Origin: Candidatus Thorarchaeota archaeon
GTDB lineage: Archaea > Asgardarchaeota > Heimdallarchaeia > Hodarchaeales > Hodarchaeaceae
Direction: 5' to 3'
Assembly (NCBI GenBank): GCA_048882505.1
Contig: JBHLRO010000012.1
Location: 30,001-62,000, forward strand
Length of the DNA stretch: 32,000 nucleotides
Shown: positions 1-9,659 of the stretch, piece after piece
Position numbering within the stretch: the stretch's first letter is position 1
How the letters are laid out: each line of letters begins with the position of its first letter
Translations under genes and position numbers: made by a program
The notes under the pieces: model-generated
Database searches by the model: none
What the model was told of the DNA's origin: nothing
The model's input: the letters and a program-made list of their open reading frames with translations, nothing else

Positions 1-2
1 AT

Positions 3-509
3 CATATTCCGTACAGTATAAAGGATTTTCAATTACACGACCCTATTGGTTTCAAAGCAAGTACAACACTCAAGGTCAGGCGGGGCTTTTGTATTCCGAA
101 GTCTATTACTGTCGTTGCTCTGCTCAGGGCAAATGAAATTCCAGCACGACTTCATTTTGCTGATATAATAAACCATAGAAGCCCCCAGCGGTTTCGAGAT
201 CTGATGGGCGGCTCGAACGTTTTTGTATTCCATGCATACGCGGAAGCATTCCTTAATGGTAGATGGTATAAAATGACACCATCTTTTGAACAACCTCTAT
301 GCAAGAAACATGATTATCCCTTGTGCGATTTTGACGGAAAAGGAAACGCGATATTTCAACCATATGATAACTTGGGTAGACCGTTCGTTGAATACATTAG
401 AGATCGGGGAGTGACGGCAGATCTTCCATTTAATGAAATGGTGAGAGCGATGGTAGACTATTACGGTCCCAAAATAAGTAATGGCAATGGGGATAAGCTG
501 GGAAATTAA
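3..509 (+). CDS. Transglutaminase-like family protein, 5'-truncated by window edge
   Basis: The frame of ORF 204..509 is open back to position 3 (HIPYSIKDF...RRGFCIPKSITVVALLRANEIPARLHFADIINH...FVFHAYAEAFLNGRWYKMTPSF). It has a catalytic Cys (GFCIPKS) and His (FHAYAE) with a GRW motif. The stop overlaps the next ATG (TAATG at 507-511). Confidence 0.85.
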   Translation, partial: HIPYSIKDFQLHDPIGFKASTTLKVRRGFCIPKSITVVALLRANEIPARLHFADIINHRSPQRFRDLMGGSNVFVFHAYAEAFLNGRWYKMTPSFEQPLCKKHDYPLCDFDGKGNAIFQPYDNLGRPFVEYIRDRGVTADLPFNEMVRAMVDYYGPKISNGNGDKLGN

Positions 510-2014
510 TGAAAGAAACATCATATGTTCAGCTGATGAAGAAATTCAAGGAAATCGCTATTCTCGAGTCTCTACGCAGCATACTATTTTGGGATCTCAA
601 TACGGGAATGCCTCCGAATGGTCTGGAGTTTAGATCAGAACAATCAGCCTGGTTGCAGCAGCAGCTACACAAACGCTGGACACATCCTAAATTTCTAGAA
701 TTAGTTTCGGTATGTGAAAAGAACGACAACTTAGATCCAGTTCAGAAGAGAAATATTGTACTATGTAGACGCGAGGTAGAAAATCGTACTAGTTTACCTC
801 TAAATCTGGTTCAAGAACTAGCAAAACAGGCAAATCTTACTCAGGAGATCTGGAAAAGAGCGAAGATAACCAATAGTTTTAATAAGGTAAAACCAGCATT
901 AGCAAGATTATTTGAATTGAATTTAAAACGCGCCTCACTCATTGCGGATAACAAGAATATAAACGACCCCTACAATGCGTTAATCGGATTAAGAGATCCA
1001 GGATTGACGGCAGACTTCCTCACAAGTTTGTTTGATGATGCAAAATCCACCTCGATTAGCTTGATAAAAAGGATCGGAAATTCTACACAAACCGGGGGTC
1101 GGATTTTAGCTCGCGAGGTGCCGTTATCGACGCAAAAGGCAATCATACATGATCTTTCAAAGGTTCTTGGTTATTCTAAAGAGAATGGGAGGATCGATCA
1201 GGTAGAACATCCCATCACGTTTGGTTGTGGTCCCCAAGACGTTAGAGTCACTGTTAAGTATCACAAAACCCACGTATTTAAGGCCATTTCGGCCTTTATT
1301 CATGAATGCGGACACGCGATACATGGTTTGCAAAAAAATCGTGAATGGTTTCATCAACCAGTTAATTTTATTGGTTACCCTTCAATAAGTGAATCCCAGT
1401 CTCGTTTCTTTGAGAATATTATAGGATTAAGTCATGAATTCTGGTCGTTTTATTATCCCAGGTTCCAAAAACTAGCTGAGAGAATATTCGACGATGTTTC
1501 CTTCGATGAATTTTATTCTGCTATTAATACCATTAAACCTGGAAAGATCCGAATTGATGCGGATGAGTTAACATATCTCCTACATATCGTGATCCGTTTT
1601 GAACTGGAACGAGACTTATTTGCTGGCCTAATTGGCACGGATGATCTTCCCGAATTATGGAACGAAAAGTATGAGCGGTACCTTGGTGTAGAAGTTGATT
1701 CCGATTCTAACGGAGTCATGCAGGATATCCACTGGTATTCCCATTATTGGGGTTATTTTTTTGGATATAGCTTAGGAGATATGATCTCTTCCCAATTCTT
1801 GTCAGCGTTAACGCGTGAATTGAAGGATTGGCGCCATTCGCTTGAACAAGGTGAAGTAACTCCCATCCTAACCTGGCTTGCCCAAAATATTCACTCTAAA
1901 GGAGCCCTATTTGATTCTTTAGACCTGGTAAGAAAAGTTTCCGGAGAGGAATTGAAAACTAGGTATTATAAAAACTATCTAAATCAGAAATATATGCAAT
2001 TATATGATTTATAG
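509..2014 (+). CDS. Carboxypeptidase, peptidase family M32 (Taq/PfuCP type)
   Basis: HEXXH (HECGH), ESQSRFFEN, IRIDADE and GVMQDIHW motifs; 501 aa is typical for the family. Confidence 0.95.
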   Translation: MKETSYVQLMKKFKEIAILESLRSILFWDLNTGMPPNGLEFRSEQSAWLQQQLHKRWTHPKFLELVSVCEKNDNLDPVQKRNIVLCRREVENRTSLPLNLVQELAKQANLTQEIWKRAKITNSFNKVKPALARLFELNLKRASLIADNKNINDPYNALIGLRDPGLTADFLTSLFDDAKSTSISLIKRIGNSTQTGGRILAREVPLSTQKAIIHDLSKVLGYSKENGRIDQVEHPITFGCGPQDVRVTVKYHKTHVFKAISAFIHECGHAIHGLQKNREWFHQPVNFIGYPSISESQSRFFENIIGLSHEFWSFYYPRFQKLAERIFDDVSFDEFYSAINTIKPGKIRIDADELTYLLHIVIRFELERDLFAGLIGTDDLPELWNEKYERYLGVEVDSDSNGVMQDIHWYSHYWGYFFGYSLGDMISSQFLSALTRELKDWRHSLEQGEVTPILTWLAQNIHSKGALFDSLDLVRKVSGEELKTRYYKNYLNQKYMQLYDL

Positions 2015-2050
2015 GTCTTCTAAACGTGTTTCACACCTCGAGATGGAAAA

Positions 2051-2749
2051 ATGATTATCGAGGATAAATACCTTCGTAACCATTATTCGGTTTTTAAATC
2101 GAGAAGGCACGCAGGGTTTCTCCTTGGGCCATTTATAAGTTTGGAGGATTTTGATGTCCTTTTTATGGTCCCAGCTGGAGGGGTACCCGTAGGTTTGGGA
2201 TTGTTGGAGTTTCCACTAATTCCGCGTAACGCGCAATATGATCTACTAATTGTAAGAAAGATTCAGATACCAAATAATCCAGAGGCAGGAATGGGAGCTG
2301 TAACGCCTGATGGGCAGATCTTCCTGAATGAGCGAATTGTGGATATTTTGGCTTTGCATAGTTTGCAGCTTGATCAACAGATCGAGCGGGCCAAACAGCA
2401 AATTGAAAAACGTAGGAGGGAGTTTCAAGTTGGTGCATTACCGCAGCCTCAAGTCTATGGAAGAAATATCCTGATTGTGGATGATGGGATCGCATCTGGC
2501 TATTCTATAATGGCCGGGGCCAAATGGCTGAGAAGATTAGGAGCTGAAAAGATCATAGTTGCCGTTCCGACCGCCCCTGAGAGCTCTCTAGCTCGTTTAG
2601 AAAATTCAGTTGACAAGATCATATGTTTAAATATCCGAACCCGCTACCCATTTGCCGTGGCGGACGCTTATAAGGATTGGTATGACTTAAACTTCCGAGA
2701 AACTAGGCAATATCTCAAGGAAATCGAATTGTTAAAGGAAATCACCTAA
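2051..2749 (+). CDS. Type I phosphoribosyltransferase family protein
   Basis: FKSRRHAG, PAGGVPVG and VRKIQIPNNPE motifs, plus PRPP-binding loop IVDDGIASG. Confidence 0.9.
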   Translation: MIIEDKYLRNHYSVFKSRRHAGFLLGPFISLEDFDVLFMVPAGGVPVGLGLLEFPLIPRNAQYDLLIVRKIQIPNNPEAGMGAVTPDGQIFLNERIVDILALHSLQLDQQIERAKQQIEKRRREFQVGALPQPQVYGRNILIVDDGIASGYSIMAGAKWLRRLGAEKIIVAVPTAPESSLARLENSVDKIICLNIRTRYPFAVADAYKDWYDLNFRETRQYLKEIELLKEIT

Positions 2750-2788
2750 TGAAACTGGATCAGATCTTTTAATAGTAAGTGGTACTTA

Positions 2789-3700
2789 ATGGATATAATA
2801 GCAATAATTGTTCATGGTTTTGCGGGTTCTCAAGGATTTATGAAAGAGATCGAAGACTCTCTAAGCTCCCCTCCATTCACGGAGTATTATTCCAAGGTGT
2901 GGAACCTTACCTACTACAGTTCAAGTCATGGTCTTAATTTTAGCCTCCCGTACGATCTGATGACACCAATTTATTCCAGGGATACCAAGCAGACCCTGTC
3001 CCACAAACTTTTCTATAAAATAGACTCTCAGTTACAGGATTATCCAGAGGAGGTATACATTGACTTTTTTAGCCACAGTATGGGGGGATTGGTTACTAGA
3101 GCTCTCTTAACCTATCTAGCAACTCCCAATAGAAATCTTCAAGGATTGAGAATTGGGAAAGGAATAGTCAGGAAGGTTCACCTCTTGGGTACGCCCAATC
3201 GTGGAACTCGTTTGGCTCAGCGAGCCATCAACATTCCATTAGATATTCTCCTTTCAGGACTCAATCTCATTCTGGAACTCCCTCGAGGTGGGATTACCAG
3301 GGAGGATTTTGACATCTTAAAATCCCAGTTTATCCAGATGGTTCCCAAATCCACCTTCCTTAAACGTTTGAATAAACCTAGAAAGGAACGGATGACAATT
3401 CTAAGGTCCGTTAAATGGGTGACAGTAAGAGGATTGAATTCGACTGGTTTACTAGGTATTGTCTGGCAGCCGCTGCTCTTCCGTAAGTTTTGGATAGATA
3501 GGAATTTTCCATTTTTGCATCCAGGGATTATCCCAAATGATGGTTTAGTCGATGGTTCAAGCGTTCCATTACCATACGCTCGGAATTTTACGAGTAAGAA
3601 CGCTACCCATATGGATCTTTTAAGGTGGAAGAATAACCCCTCTGGCCAGCGCATTTGTCAGCTCATCCAGCGGGAGCTCCTATCAAACCGCTCATCATAA
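2789..3700 (+). CDS. Alpha/beta hydrolase (lipase/esterase, PGAP1/DUF676-like)
   Basis: Oxyanion VHGF, nucleophile elbow SHSMGG, LGTPNRG, PNDGLV (Asp) and ATHMDL (His); no signal peptide evident. Confidence 0.85.
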   Translation: MDIIAIIVHGFAGSQGFMKEIEDSLSSPPFTEYYSKVWNLTYYSSSHGLNFSLPYDLMTPIYSRDTKQTLSHKLFYKIDSQLQDYPEEVYIDFFSHSMGGLVTRALLTYLATPNRNLQGLRIGKGIVRKVHLLGTPNRGTRLAQRAINIPLDILLSGLNLILELPRGGITREDFDILKSQFIQMVPKSTFLKRLNKPRKERMTILRSVKWVTVRGLNSTGLLGIVWQPLLFRKFWIDRNFPFLHPGIIPNDGLVDGSSVPLPYARNFTSKNATHMDLLRWKNNPSGQRICQLIQRELLSNRSS

Positions 3701-3914
3701 GGATTTAGATGCGCCAAAACAAGTAATCTCATCCAAATAGTGATGCGGTTTAGATTCTTAACCTCCTTTATGCAGGTTATGTATAGCTAAATTGTGCTTT
3801 CCTCAGGATGATTTGGCGTAAACGCGCATTTAACCAAAAATTAGCGTGCTATCAATAGGAGGATTTTTTTCAACTATCCATCCAAGCCACTATTGAAAGG
3901 AGATATTCCGAACT

Positions 3915-5114
3915 ATGAAAGCTCTCGTTTTAGCAGGAGGTAGTGGAAGAGAAGCGTTACCCCTATCAACCTATACTCCAAAAACCATGTTTCAGCTCCA
4001 TGGAAAACCTATCTTACAATATGTGCTTGATGGGCTCATTAAAACTGGAATTGAGGAGTTTGTGGTTGTTGTGGGTTACCTTCAAAAGAAAATTCATCCC
4101 TTACTCCATGAATACCGGCAGCAAGGATGTGCTATTACTATTGTAGACCAAGGTGAAGCGGAGGGAATCGAAGGCGCGATTCTTGCAGCCAGAACGCATT
4201 TCACTGATACTGATGAATTTATACTCGCATATGGCGATATAGTTGCCCCTGTAAAATTCTATGACCATCTTCGGGATTCATATGTCCGTACGGCGGCTGA
4301 TGGCGCCATTGCCGTTACTTTAGTAGGCAAATCGGCTGAATTCGGGATAGTTGGTACCGACGATAGAGGTTTTATTACGGAAATCCTCCCTGATACTAGC
4401 ATGGAAGATGCAGATATACCTTATATTTTTGCGGGAGCTGCAATCTTACCTAGAGAATTTTTCGAAGTTATTAAGCAAGAACGGATATTGACAAGCGCCT
4501 TAACAAGGCTTATTGGGGAGCGACGACGCTTTTGTGCTTCGATCTGGCAGGATGAGTGGATCGATGTCGGCTATGCATGGGATCTTTTGGCGGCAAATAG
4601 GGATCTTTTCAAACCCTTAACATATGCACGTATTCATAAAACAGCAGAGATTGCCCCTTCGGCTCATATTTCGGGATTAGTACTCATAGATGAGAATGTT
4701 GTCATTGACACGAACGCCAAGATAGTTGGGCCGTGCTTTATCGGAAAAAATAGTTACATTGGGACAAATAGCCTAATTCGGGAATTTAGCTGCATAGAAC
4801 AGGATTGCGTGATTGGATTCTCCACTGAGATAAAGAATTCCGTTATCCAGCCGGGCACAAAAATCGGAAGACTATCCTTTGTAGGGGACAGCGTGGTAGG
4901 AGAACAAACGAAGCTGGAAACTGGAGTTACTACCATGAATTTCCTAGAAGATATAGGCCAGACAAAGAAAGTCATTAAAGGGAGAACTTACACCAAATTA
5001 GGCGCGATAATTGGGCCAAAAAGTAGAATAGGATCTAATACTGTACTCCTACCCACGGTCAATATAGATTCAAATCAGATCATTTCTCCCGGAAGTGTTA
5101 TTTCCTCAGACTAG
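3915..5114 (+). CDS. Sugar-phosphate nucleotidyltransferase with left-handed beta-helix (archaeal GlmU-like), catalytic motifs altered
   Basis: N-terminal VLAGGSG...PK, YGD and WIDVG motifs; C-terminal hexapeptide repeats (IDENVVIDTNAKIVGPCFIGKNSYIG...GAIIGPKSRIGSN). Confidence 0.88.
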   Translation: MKALVLAGGSGREALPLSTYTPKTMFQLHGKPILQYVLDGLIKTGIEEFVVVVGYLQKKIHPLLHEYRQQGCAITIVDQGEAEGIEGAILAARTHFTDTDEFILAYGDIVAPVKFYDHLRDSYVRTAADGAIAVTLVGKSAEFGIVGTDDRGFITEILPDTSMEDADIPYIFAGAAILPREFFEVIKQERILTSALTRLIGERRRFCASIWQDEWIDVGYAWDLLAANRDLFKPLTYARIHKTAEIAPSAHISGLVLIDENVVIDTNAKIVGPCFIGKNSYIGTNSLIREFSCIEQDCVIGFSTEIKNSVIQPGTKIGRLSFVGDSVVGEQTKLETGVTTMNFLEDIGQTKKVIKGRTYTKLGAIIGPKSRIGSNTVLLPTVNIDSNQIISPGSVISSD

Positions 5115-5207
5115 TTCAAATGCGAAAAAACACTAAAGACCACGTGATTCAAAAAATAGAAGAGATGACCTCGGCGTTTCCCTGTCACCAAGGTTTATTA
5201 AAAGAGA

Positions 5208-5906
5208 TTACAGTTCAAGTCGCTTATCAGGGATATAGGATATGATTTTTCTTATCTCTTTTTCTTTGGCATTAACCCGAAAAACATTTGAAACACGATA
5301 GATATGAGGATCTGTTTCAGGTTTGATAAATAGATCCCCGCTAAGGAACAACATCTTTTCAAATATATCAGGGGTAGTTTTCTCAAACATAGCGTGCTGG
5401 GCGTTCCCAAATCGCTTTTCATCCCCTAAGATACCCCTGTGGTGGTAAATCTCGGTAGGTGAAATTATCCAGTAATCGATCCGGCTGACTATGAAGATTA
5501 CTATGAGATGGAGAAATATCAATAGCGAAAAGAAAAGATAAAATTCCGCTGATGCAGTAATGGCAGGTACCGTTAGGGTTGGAGGAAGTATCCCTAATGT
5601 TTCCTCGAGGAGGATAAAAACGAGTACCACTACAATAATCGCTAATACGATCACCGCGCTTTTCCCCACACCGAAATCAAATGCGATTATCAAGAAATTG
5701 AAGGCAAAAACGGCGAAGAAAAACGTACCCAGGGTATTCCGCGTAGCATCATCCAAAGCACCACTAAGGAAGAATTCAACGAACCAGACTAGAAATCCAA
5801 CGATCATACTCGGATAAAAAAACAGGGTTTCCGGATAAGACCGAACAACGATATAATCCTTCTTCGCTGGAGGGCTCGATTTAGCTTTTTTACTAGGTTC
5901 AGACAT
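5208..5906 (-). CDS. Hypothetical membrane protein, about 4 TM helices plus a soluble C-terminal domain (bacterial PH/bPH_2-like)
   Basis: Four hydrophobic stretches, then DYWIISPTEIYHHRGILG...GDLFIK...IYRVSNVF. ATG at 5906 is preferred over the TTG at 5921. The PH-like call is tentative. Confidence 0.7.
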   Translation of the reverse strand: MSEPSKKAKSSPPAKKDYIVVRSYPETLFFYPSMIVGFLVWFVEFFLSGALDDATRNTLGTFFFAVFAFNFLIIAFDFGVGKSAVIVLAIIVVVLVFILLEETLGILPPTLTVPAITASAEFYLFFSLLIFLHLIVIFIVSRIDYWIISPTEIYHHRGILGDEKRFGNAQHAMFEKTTPDIFEKMLFLSGDLFIKPETDPHIYRVSNVFRVNAKEKEIRKIISYIPDKRLEL

Positions 5907-5921
5907 TCTTGGAGACTCCAA

Positions 5922-6945
5922 ACTTAATTTGTGAACTAGGGTTCCAATTACTCGATCCTATCTTTTTAACCCTTCGCATTCCTAAAATAAAGAGCGATGC
6001 AAAATCAATGGTGCAAAATGCTAGAAAGGTTGGATATTGGATCAGCAAACTTTTTGGATCTCACATTATCCTCTGAGGGAAATGGTCGATGCAAAAAATT
6101 CTTAGAAACCTCTTATCCTGGAAATCCAGCCTCTGTAATCGTTTAACAGGAGTTTAGGGGAATTTATCCCTCCTCTCCAGAGAAAATAAACTAATTCTGT
6201 CATGATATACGCGTTATTTCGATTCGTTGACCGATCTGATCAGTTCAGAATAGAAAAAAGGAAGAAACGAATACTGGTTCAAGGAGTCTTTTTTGAAGCA
6301 TATGGTTTTACATCTTCTTCCTTGGATTTGAGACTAAAGATTGATCTTCTTTCTATATTATATTTTGGGGCCTCGTAATGAAGTAGGAAGAAGATGGATT
6401 CTCTCATGACCAATTTTACTAATATCGCCCATAATCAGTTTGATTTTGCTCTTTTTGCATTTAATGGTATATCCAATTGTTTACAACCTAAACCCATAAT
6501 ATTAATAAAATTGAAGGTGACCTTTTGTTTGATTTAGTTTTTTTCCCCCTCATGGTCATTTTCGCTTTTGTGTATATTGATTGAACTTGAACCAGTCATT
6601 AACTGGATATAATTCTAATATTGTCGAGCGATAATGTTTTCCAATAATGCCACTTTGGGGAGGAACAGCAAAACAAGTTTATTTTCGTGAGGGTAGCGAG
6701 AAGAAAATTTATTCTCCTTTGAATGATGTCTCGTTGAGGATTTTCGTCACCTTCAAATTTCGGGGATTTTTATGAGAATCAGATTTGGTTTTTAGGAACA
6801 GGCCCCAGTAGCATAGGGTCTTAAAATAGGGCTTACAAAACTGATATTGATAAAATTCGACCGCAACCCACCTAACTAGAACCAACCAGGAATGATGAGC
6901 TCAGCAAAGAATAAGCATGGGAATTGTTCGATCGTTGGAATTTAG
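5922..6945. promoter_or_regulatory. Candidate replication origin / extended regulatory region upstream of cdc6
   Basis: The largest non-coding gap in the window, directly 5' of orc1/cdc6. It has an ORB-like TCCAGAGAAAATAAA (6176-6190), a palindrome CTGGAAATCCAG (6118-6129) and AT-rich tracts around 6490-6545. Confidence 0.45.
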
Positions 6946-6975
6946 GTGTGGATCACGATACCGAGGCAGCTAGCC

Positions 6976-8184
6976 ATGGAAAACACTAGACATGGGCTTT
7001 ATCAATTTTTAGGCAAAAAGGAAGGAATTTTAAAGGACGAACAGGTTTTTGAGGCGAATTATATACCAGATAGGCTGATTCACAGAGATGTTGAACTACA
7101 AAATTTGGCTACTCACTTCTCATCCATTCTTTACAAGGAAAAGCACAACTTTGCAAAGCATGCGATCATTGAAGGTCCGGTAGGTGTAGGGAAGACTGTT
7201 GCGGCCCAAAATATAGGATTGGTTATTGAAACCTTTTCGAGAGAGGAGAAGGCCCAAAAGGTGACCAGTATTCGATTTTTCCATTTAAACTGCCGGAGAT
7301 TGAAGTCCTGGTATCTGCTCCTAACCTCACTTCTTAGACATCTTGTTCCCGCCTTTCCCATTCGAGGATTTAGTACTTCAGAACTAATATCCTATTTGAG
7401 TACGATTTTGGAAGAGAAAAAAATTGGAATGTTGCTTTGTTTGGATGAGGTAGATTATGTTTTAGGGAAACCCTATGGCCTGGATGTCCTATATTCTCTA
7501 ATTCGTGGTCACGAAAACAGCCAGAATCCCCAAATTTCAATGATTATCATTACCCGCAATCCTAATTTCTTGTCGATCCTAGATCCTGCCCTTCGATCGT
7601 CCTTGTCCCATTCTATGATTCGGTTTGGACCGTATACAATCAATCAGATGTATGATATTCTAAAAGCACGCGCAAAAATTGGTTTTCATCCAGGTACTAT
7701 TGGGAGGGATGTTTTATATCAAATAGCATCAATGGCCGTAACAGAAGATACAAGATACGCTATCGAACTCCTTTGGAGATCAGCTAAAATTGCAGAACAA
7801 GAACATTCAAGACATATCATTCCAGATCATGTTATGAGGGCTGAGAATAAGGTATATTCCTCTGATCCCAGAAACTATAACGATCTTTCGGGTCAGCAAA
7901 AACTGGTTTTATCAGCTTTGAACAGCCTGCTGGCCGGAAACAGTCCTGGGTACGTTACGACGCGGGATCTATGGAAAAAATATGAAGATCTGTGTATTGA
8001 GAAGAGAATCAAACCCCGTAAACAGACCCAGTTTTGGCATTATCTTAAAGATCTCTGTAATCGGGGGATAATAACCTTTGAAGTCCAAAATAGACATCTA
8101 GATGGAAAATCCGTGGGGAGGACGGCACGGATCGGTCTTGGATCATCTGCCACTAGGGATTTCCAGCGTCTTTTGATTCCGTAA
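6976..8184 (+). CDS. cdc6: Orc1/Cdc6 family replication initiator (AAA+ plus winged helix)
   Basis: YIPDRLIHRDVE, Walker A GPVGVGKT, Walker B LCLDEVD, RYAIELLWRS and a C-terminal winged helix. ATG at 6976 is preferred over GTG at 6946. Confidence 0.93.
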   Translation: MENTRHGLYQFLGKKEGILKDEQVFEANYIPDRLIHRDVELQNLATHFSSILYKEKHNFAKHAIIEGPVGVGKTVAAQNIGLVIETFSREEKAQKVTSIRFFHLNCRRLKSWYLLLTSLLRHLVPAFPIRGFSTSELISYLSTILEEKKIGMLLCLDEVDYVLGKPYGLDVLYSLIRGHENSQNPQISMIIITRNPNFLSILDPALRSSLSHSMIRFGPYTINQMYDILKARAKIGFHPGTIGRDVLYQIASMAVTEDTRYAIELLWRSAKIAEQEHSRHIIPDHVMRAENKVYSSDPRNYNDLSGQQKLVLSALNSLLAGNSPGYVTTRDLWKKYEDLCIEKRIKPRKQTQFWHYLKDLCNRGIITFEVQNRHLDGKSVGRTARIGLGSSATRDFQRLLIP

Positions 8185-8187
8185 TAG

Positions 8188-8204
8188 CGCCCCTTTAAAA
8201 GGGC
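8188..8204. terminator. Imperfect palindrome at the convergent cdc6 / glycosyltransferase junction
   Basis: CGCCCCTTTAAAAGGGC; overlaps the stop codon of the minus-strand gene. Terminator function is inferred from position only. Confidence 0.35.
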
Positions 8205-9475
8205 TCTGGCTGCAACTGAGACGATTTTGATTTATTTTTTAGTTGTTGAGGAAAAAAGACGATTCGGTTCGATAGAATGAACGCATATAGGATCATAGGG
8301 AGAAACTGGGCGGCAATGCCCGTTATTACCAATAGCGATAATAGACTTGTGATAATCATTCGTTTATGGACGTCATCAATGAGGAAGGCAACGAGTAAAA
8401 TACCGAATAATCCGACTAATGTAAAAACCCAGGCAATGTCGAGCAGCCCAAAAAATAAAACAAACTCTGCAAGAACCGTACCACCAAAAGATCCATCCAG
8501 GGTCCGTTCTGGCGTATTATAAAACAGAACTGTTGAATTTAGGACTTCAATAGGCCCGAACAGAACAAAAAACAAGCTTGTCAGTAAAAACATTTCGGTA
8601 AGGAGCTTTAATCCATTCGTAAAATCAAAGTCCCTAAGATAATTTACTAGAAGAGCTACAACAAATATCCCTGTAAAATATTTTGTCAGCATACTCAAAG
8701 TCCAAAATAATACCGTATAATTGGATTTGCTCTGGTGTTGGAAATAGCAGCCTGCTAAAAAAAGCATTTGGGTTAAACAAACGTTATTCCAAATGACGGG
8801 AATAAAAAGAACCAGGGTTAGCAAGAGAGCTTCTTTTCCTCTTATTTCTAGAGTTTTCTGAATGATTCTGAAAGATATCGCAAGGAAGATCAGATTGGCC
8901 AGTACGATCCCCTGAACATTAAAATCGGGAATAAAATCAGGAATAACTCCTCCAAAGATGAGACTAGCTATTGTGTGGAAACTGCCCAGAAGGAATGTAT
9001 ATAGAACTAGATCTACTGGGAGATATGCATATGTTCCTAAACGAAATACTCCTGGATTATTTGGCTCAGCATGACGCACCGCAGGAACTACGTAAGGGTT
9101 CTGCCCTCCCCAAAGAAGCTGTGTGGCATCAATGATGCTTAAAGTTATATCCCCTCCAAAGAAACCTTGACTGAAAAGTATAAGAAAAACAACTGCAACC
9201 CCAAGAATATAGTATAAAATCCCTTTGGAAAAGTGAAGGGTCTTATCATAGAGCGCAAAAAGAAGGCCAACCACTATTACAATGTTGTAAGCGAAAACCC
9301 CAGTGTATTCGGATATAGGATAGTGAGTTCCGATTTGAAAAAAATCGCCATAGATAAACGCAACGATTGCGAAAACCAAGACTGGGAGTGTAATTAAGAG
9401 CCCCGTTATAATTTCCTTTTTGTACGGTTCTAGCTTATTCTGAATTTTTCTTAGTGATTGAGTCATTGGTCTCAA
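8195..9475 (-). CDS. Polytopic GT-C fold glycosyltransferase (GT87 / PIG-M-like), putative
   Basis: About 10 TM segments; the first large loop has GDITLSIIDATQLLWGGQNPY...YAYLP (D...G-NPY...Y-Y-P pattern of GT87-like enzymes), with a later TKYF motif. The start may be ATG at 9466. Confidence 0.65.
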   Translation of the reverse strand: MRPMTQSLRKIQNKLEPYKKEIITGLLITLPVLVFAIVAFIYGDFFQIGTHYPISEYTGVFAYNIVIVVGLLFALYDKTLHFSKGILYYILGVAVVFLILFSQGFFGGDITLSIIDATQLLWGGQNPYVVPAVRHAEPNNPGVFRLGTYAYLPVDLVLYTFLLGSFHTIASLIFGGVIPDFIPDFNVQGIVLANLIFLAISFRIIQKTLEIRGKEALLLTLVLFIPVIWNNVCLTQMLFLAGCYFQHQSKSNYTVLFWTLSMLTKYFTGIFVVALLVNYLRDFDFTNGLKLLTEMFLLTSLFFVLFGPIEVLNSTVLFYNTPERTLDGSFGGTVLAEFVLFFGLLDIAWVFTLVGLFGILLVAFLIDDVHKRMIITSLLSLLVITGIAAQFLPMILYAFILSNRIVFFPQQLKNKSKSSQLQPEPF

Positions 9476-9619
9476 ATATTGGGTGTTATAGGTTACTGCG
9501 GTTAGGGTATAATGGCCGTAAAAATTCTAACGCTTGATTTATTGGATAAAAATTCTAGATTTTTGCGAATATGGGCATAGGCTTTCATAAGCTGCAATCT
9601 TAATAAGAATTTACGCCCC

Positions 9620-9659
9620 CCGAAAATAGAAATAAAAAAAAAGAGGAAAGAAGAGATAT
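9620..9659 (-). terminator. Oligo-U / pyrimidine-rich archaeal terminator after the surface protein gene
   Basis: The minus strand reads AATATCTCTTCTTTCCTCTTTTTTTTATTTCTATTTTC immediately after the stop codon. Confidence 0.55.

Noticed and set aside
1381-1420. M32 HES motif reads SES
   Set aside because: The metal-binding Glu, HEXXH and the other family motifs are intact, so this is probably ordinary variation.
3217-3654. 145-aa antisense ORF within the alpha/beta hydrolase, and the other short antisense or out-of-frame ORFs in the track
   Set aside because: They are fully nested in genes with intact catalytic motifs and are best explained as shadow ORFs.
6202-6378. 58-aa ORF (MIYALFRFVDRS...ILYFGAS) inside the cdc6 upstream gap
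   Set aside because: No Shine-Dalgarno site, no recognisable motif and unremarkable composition; a length expected by chance.
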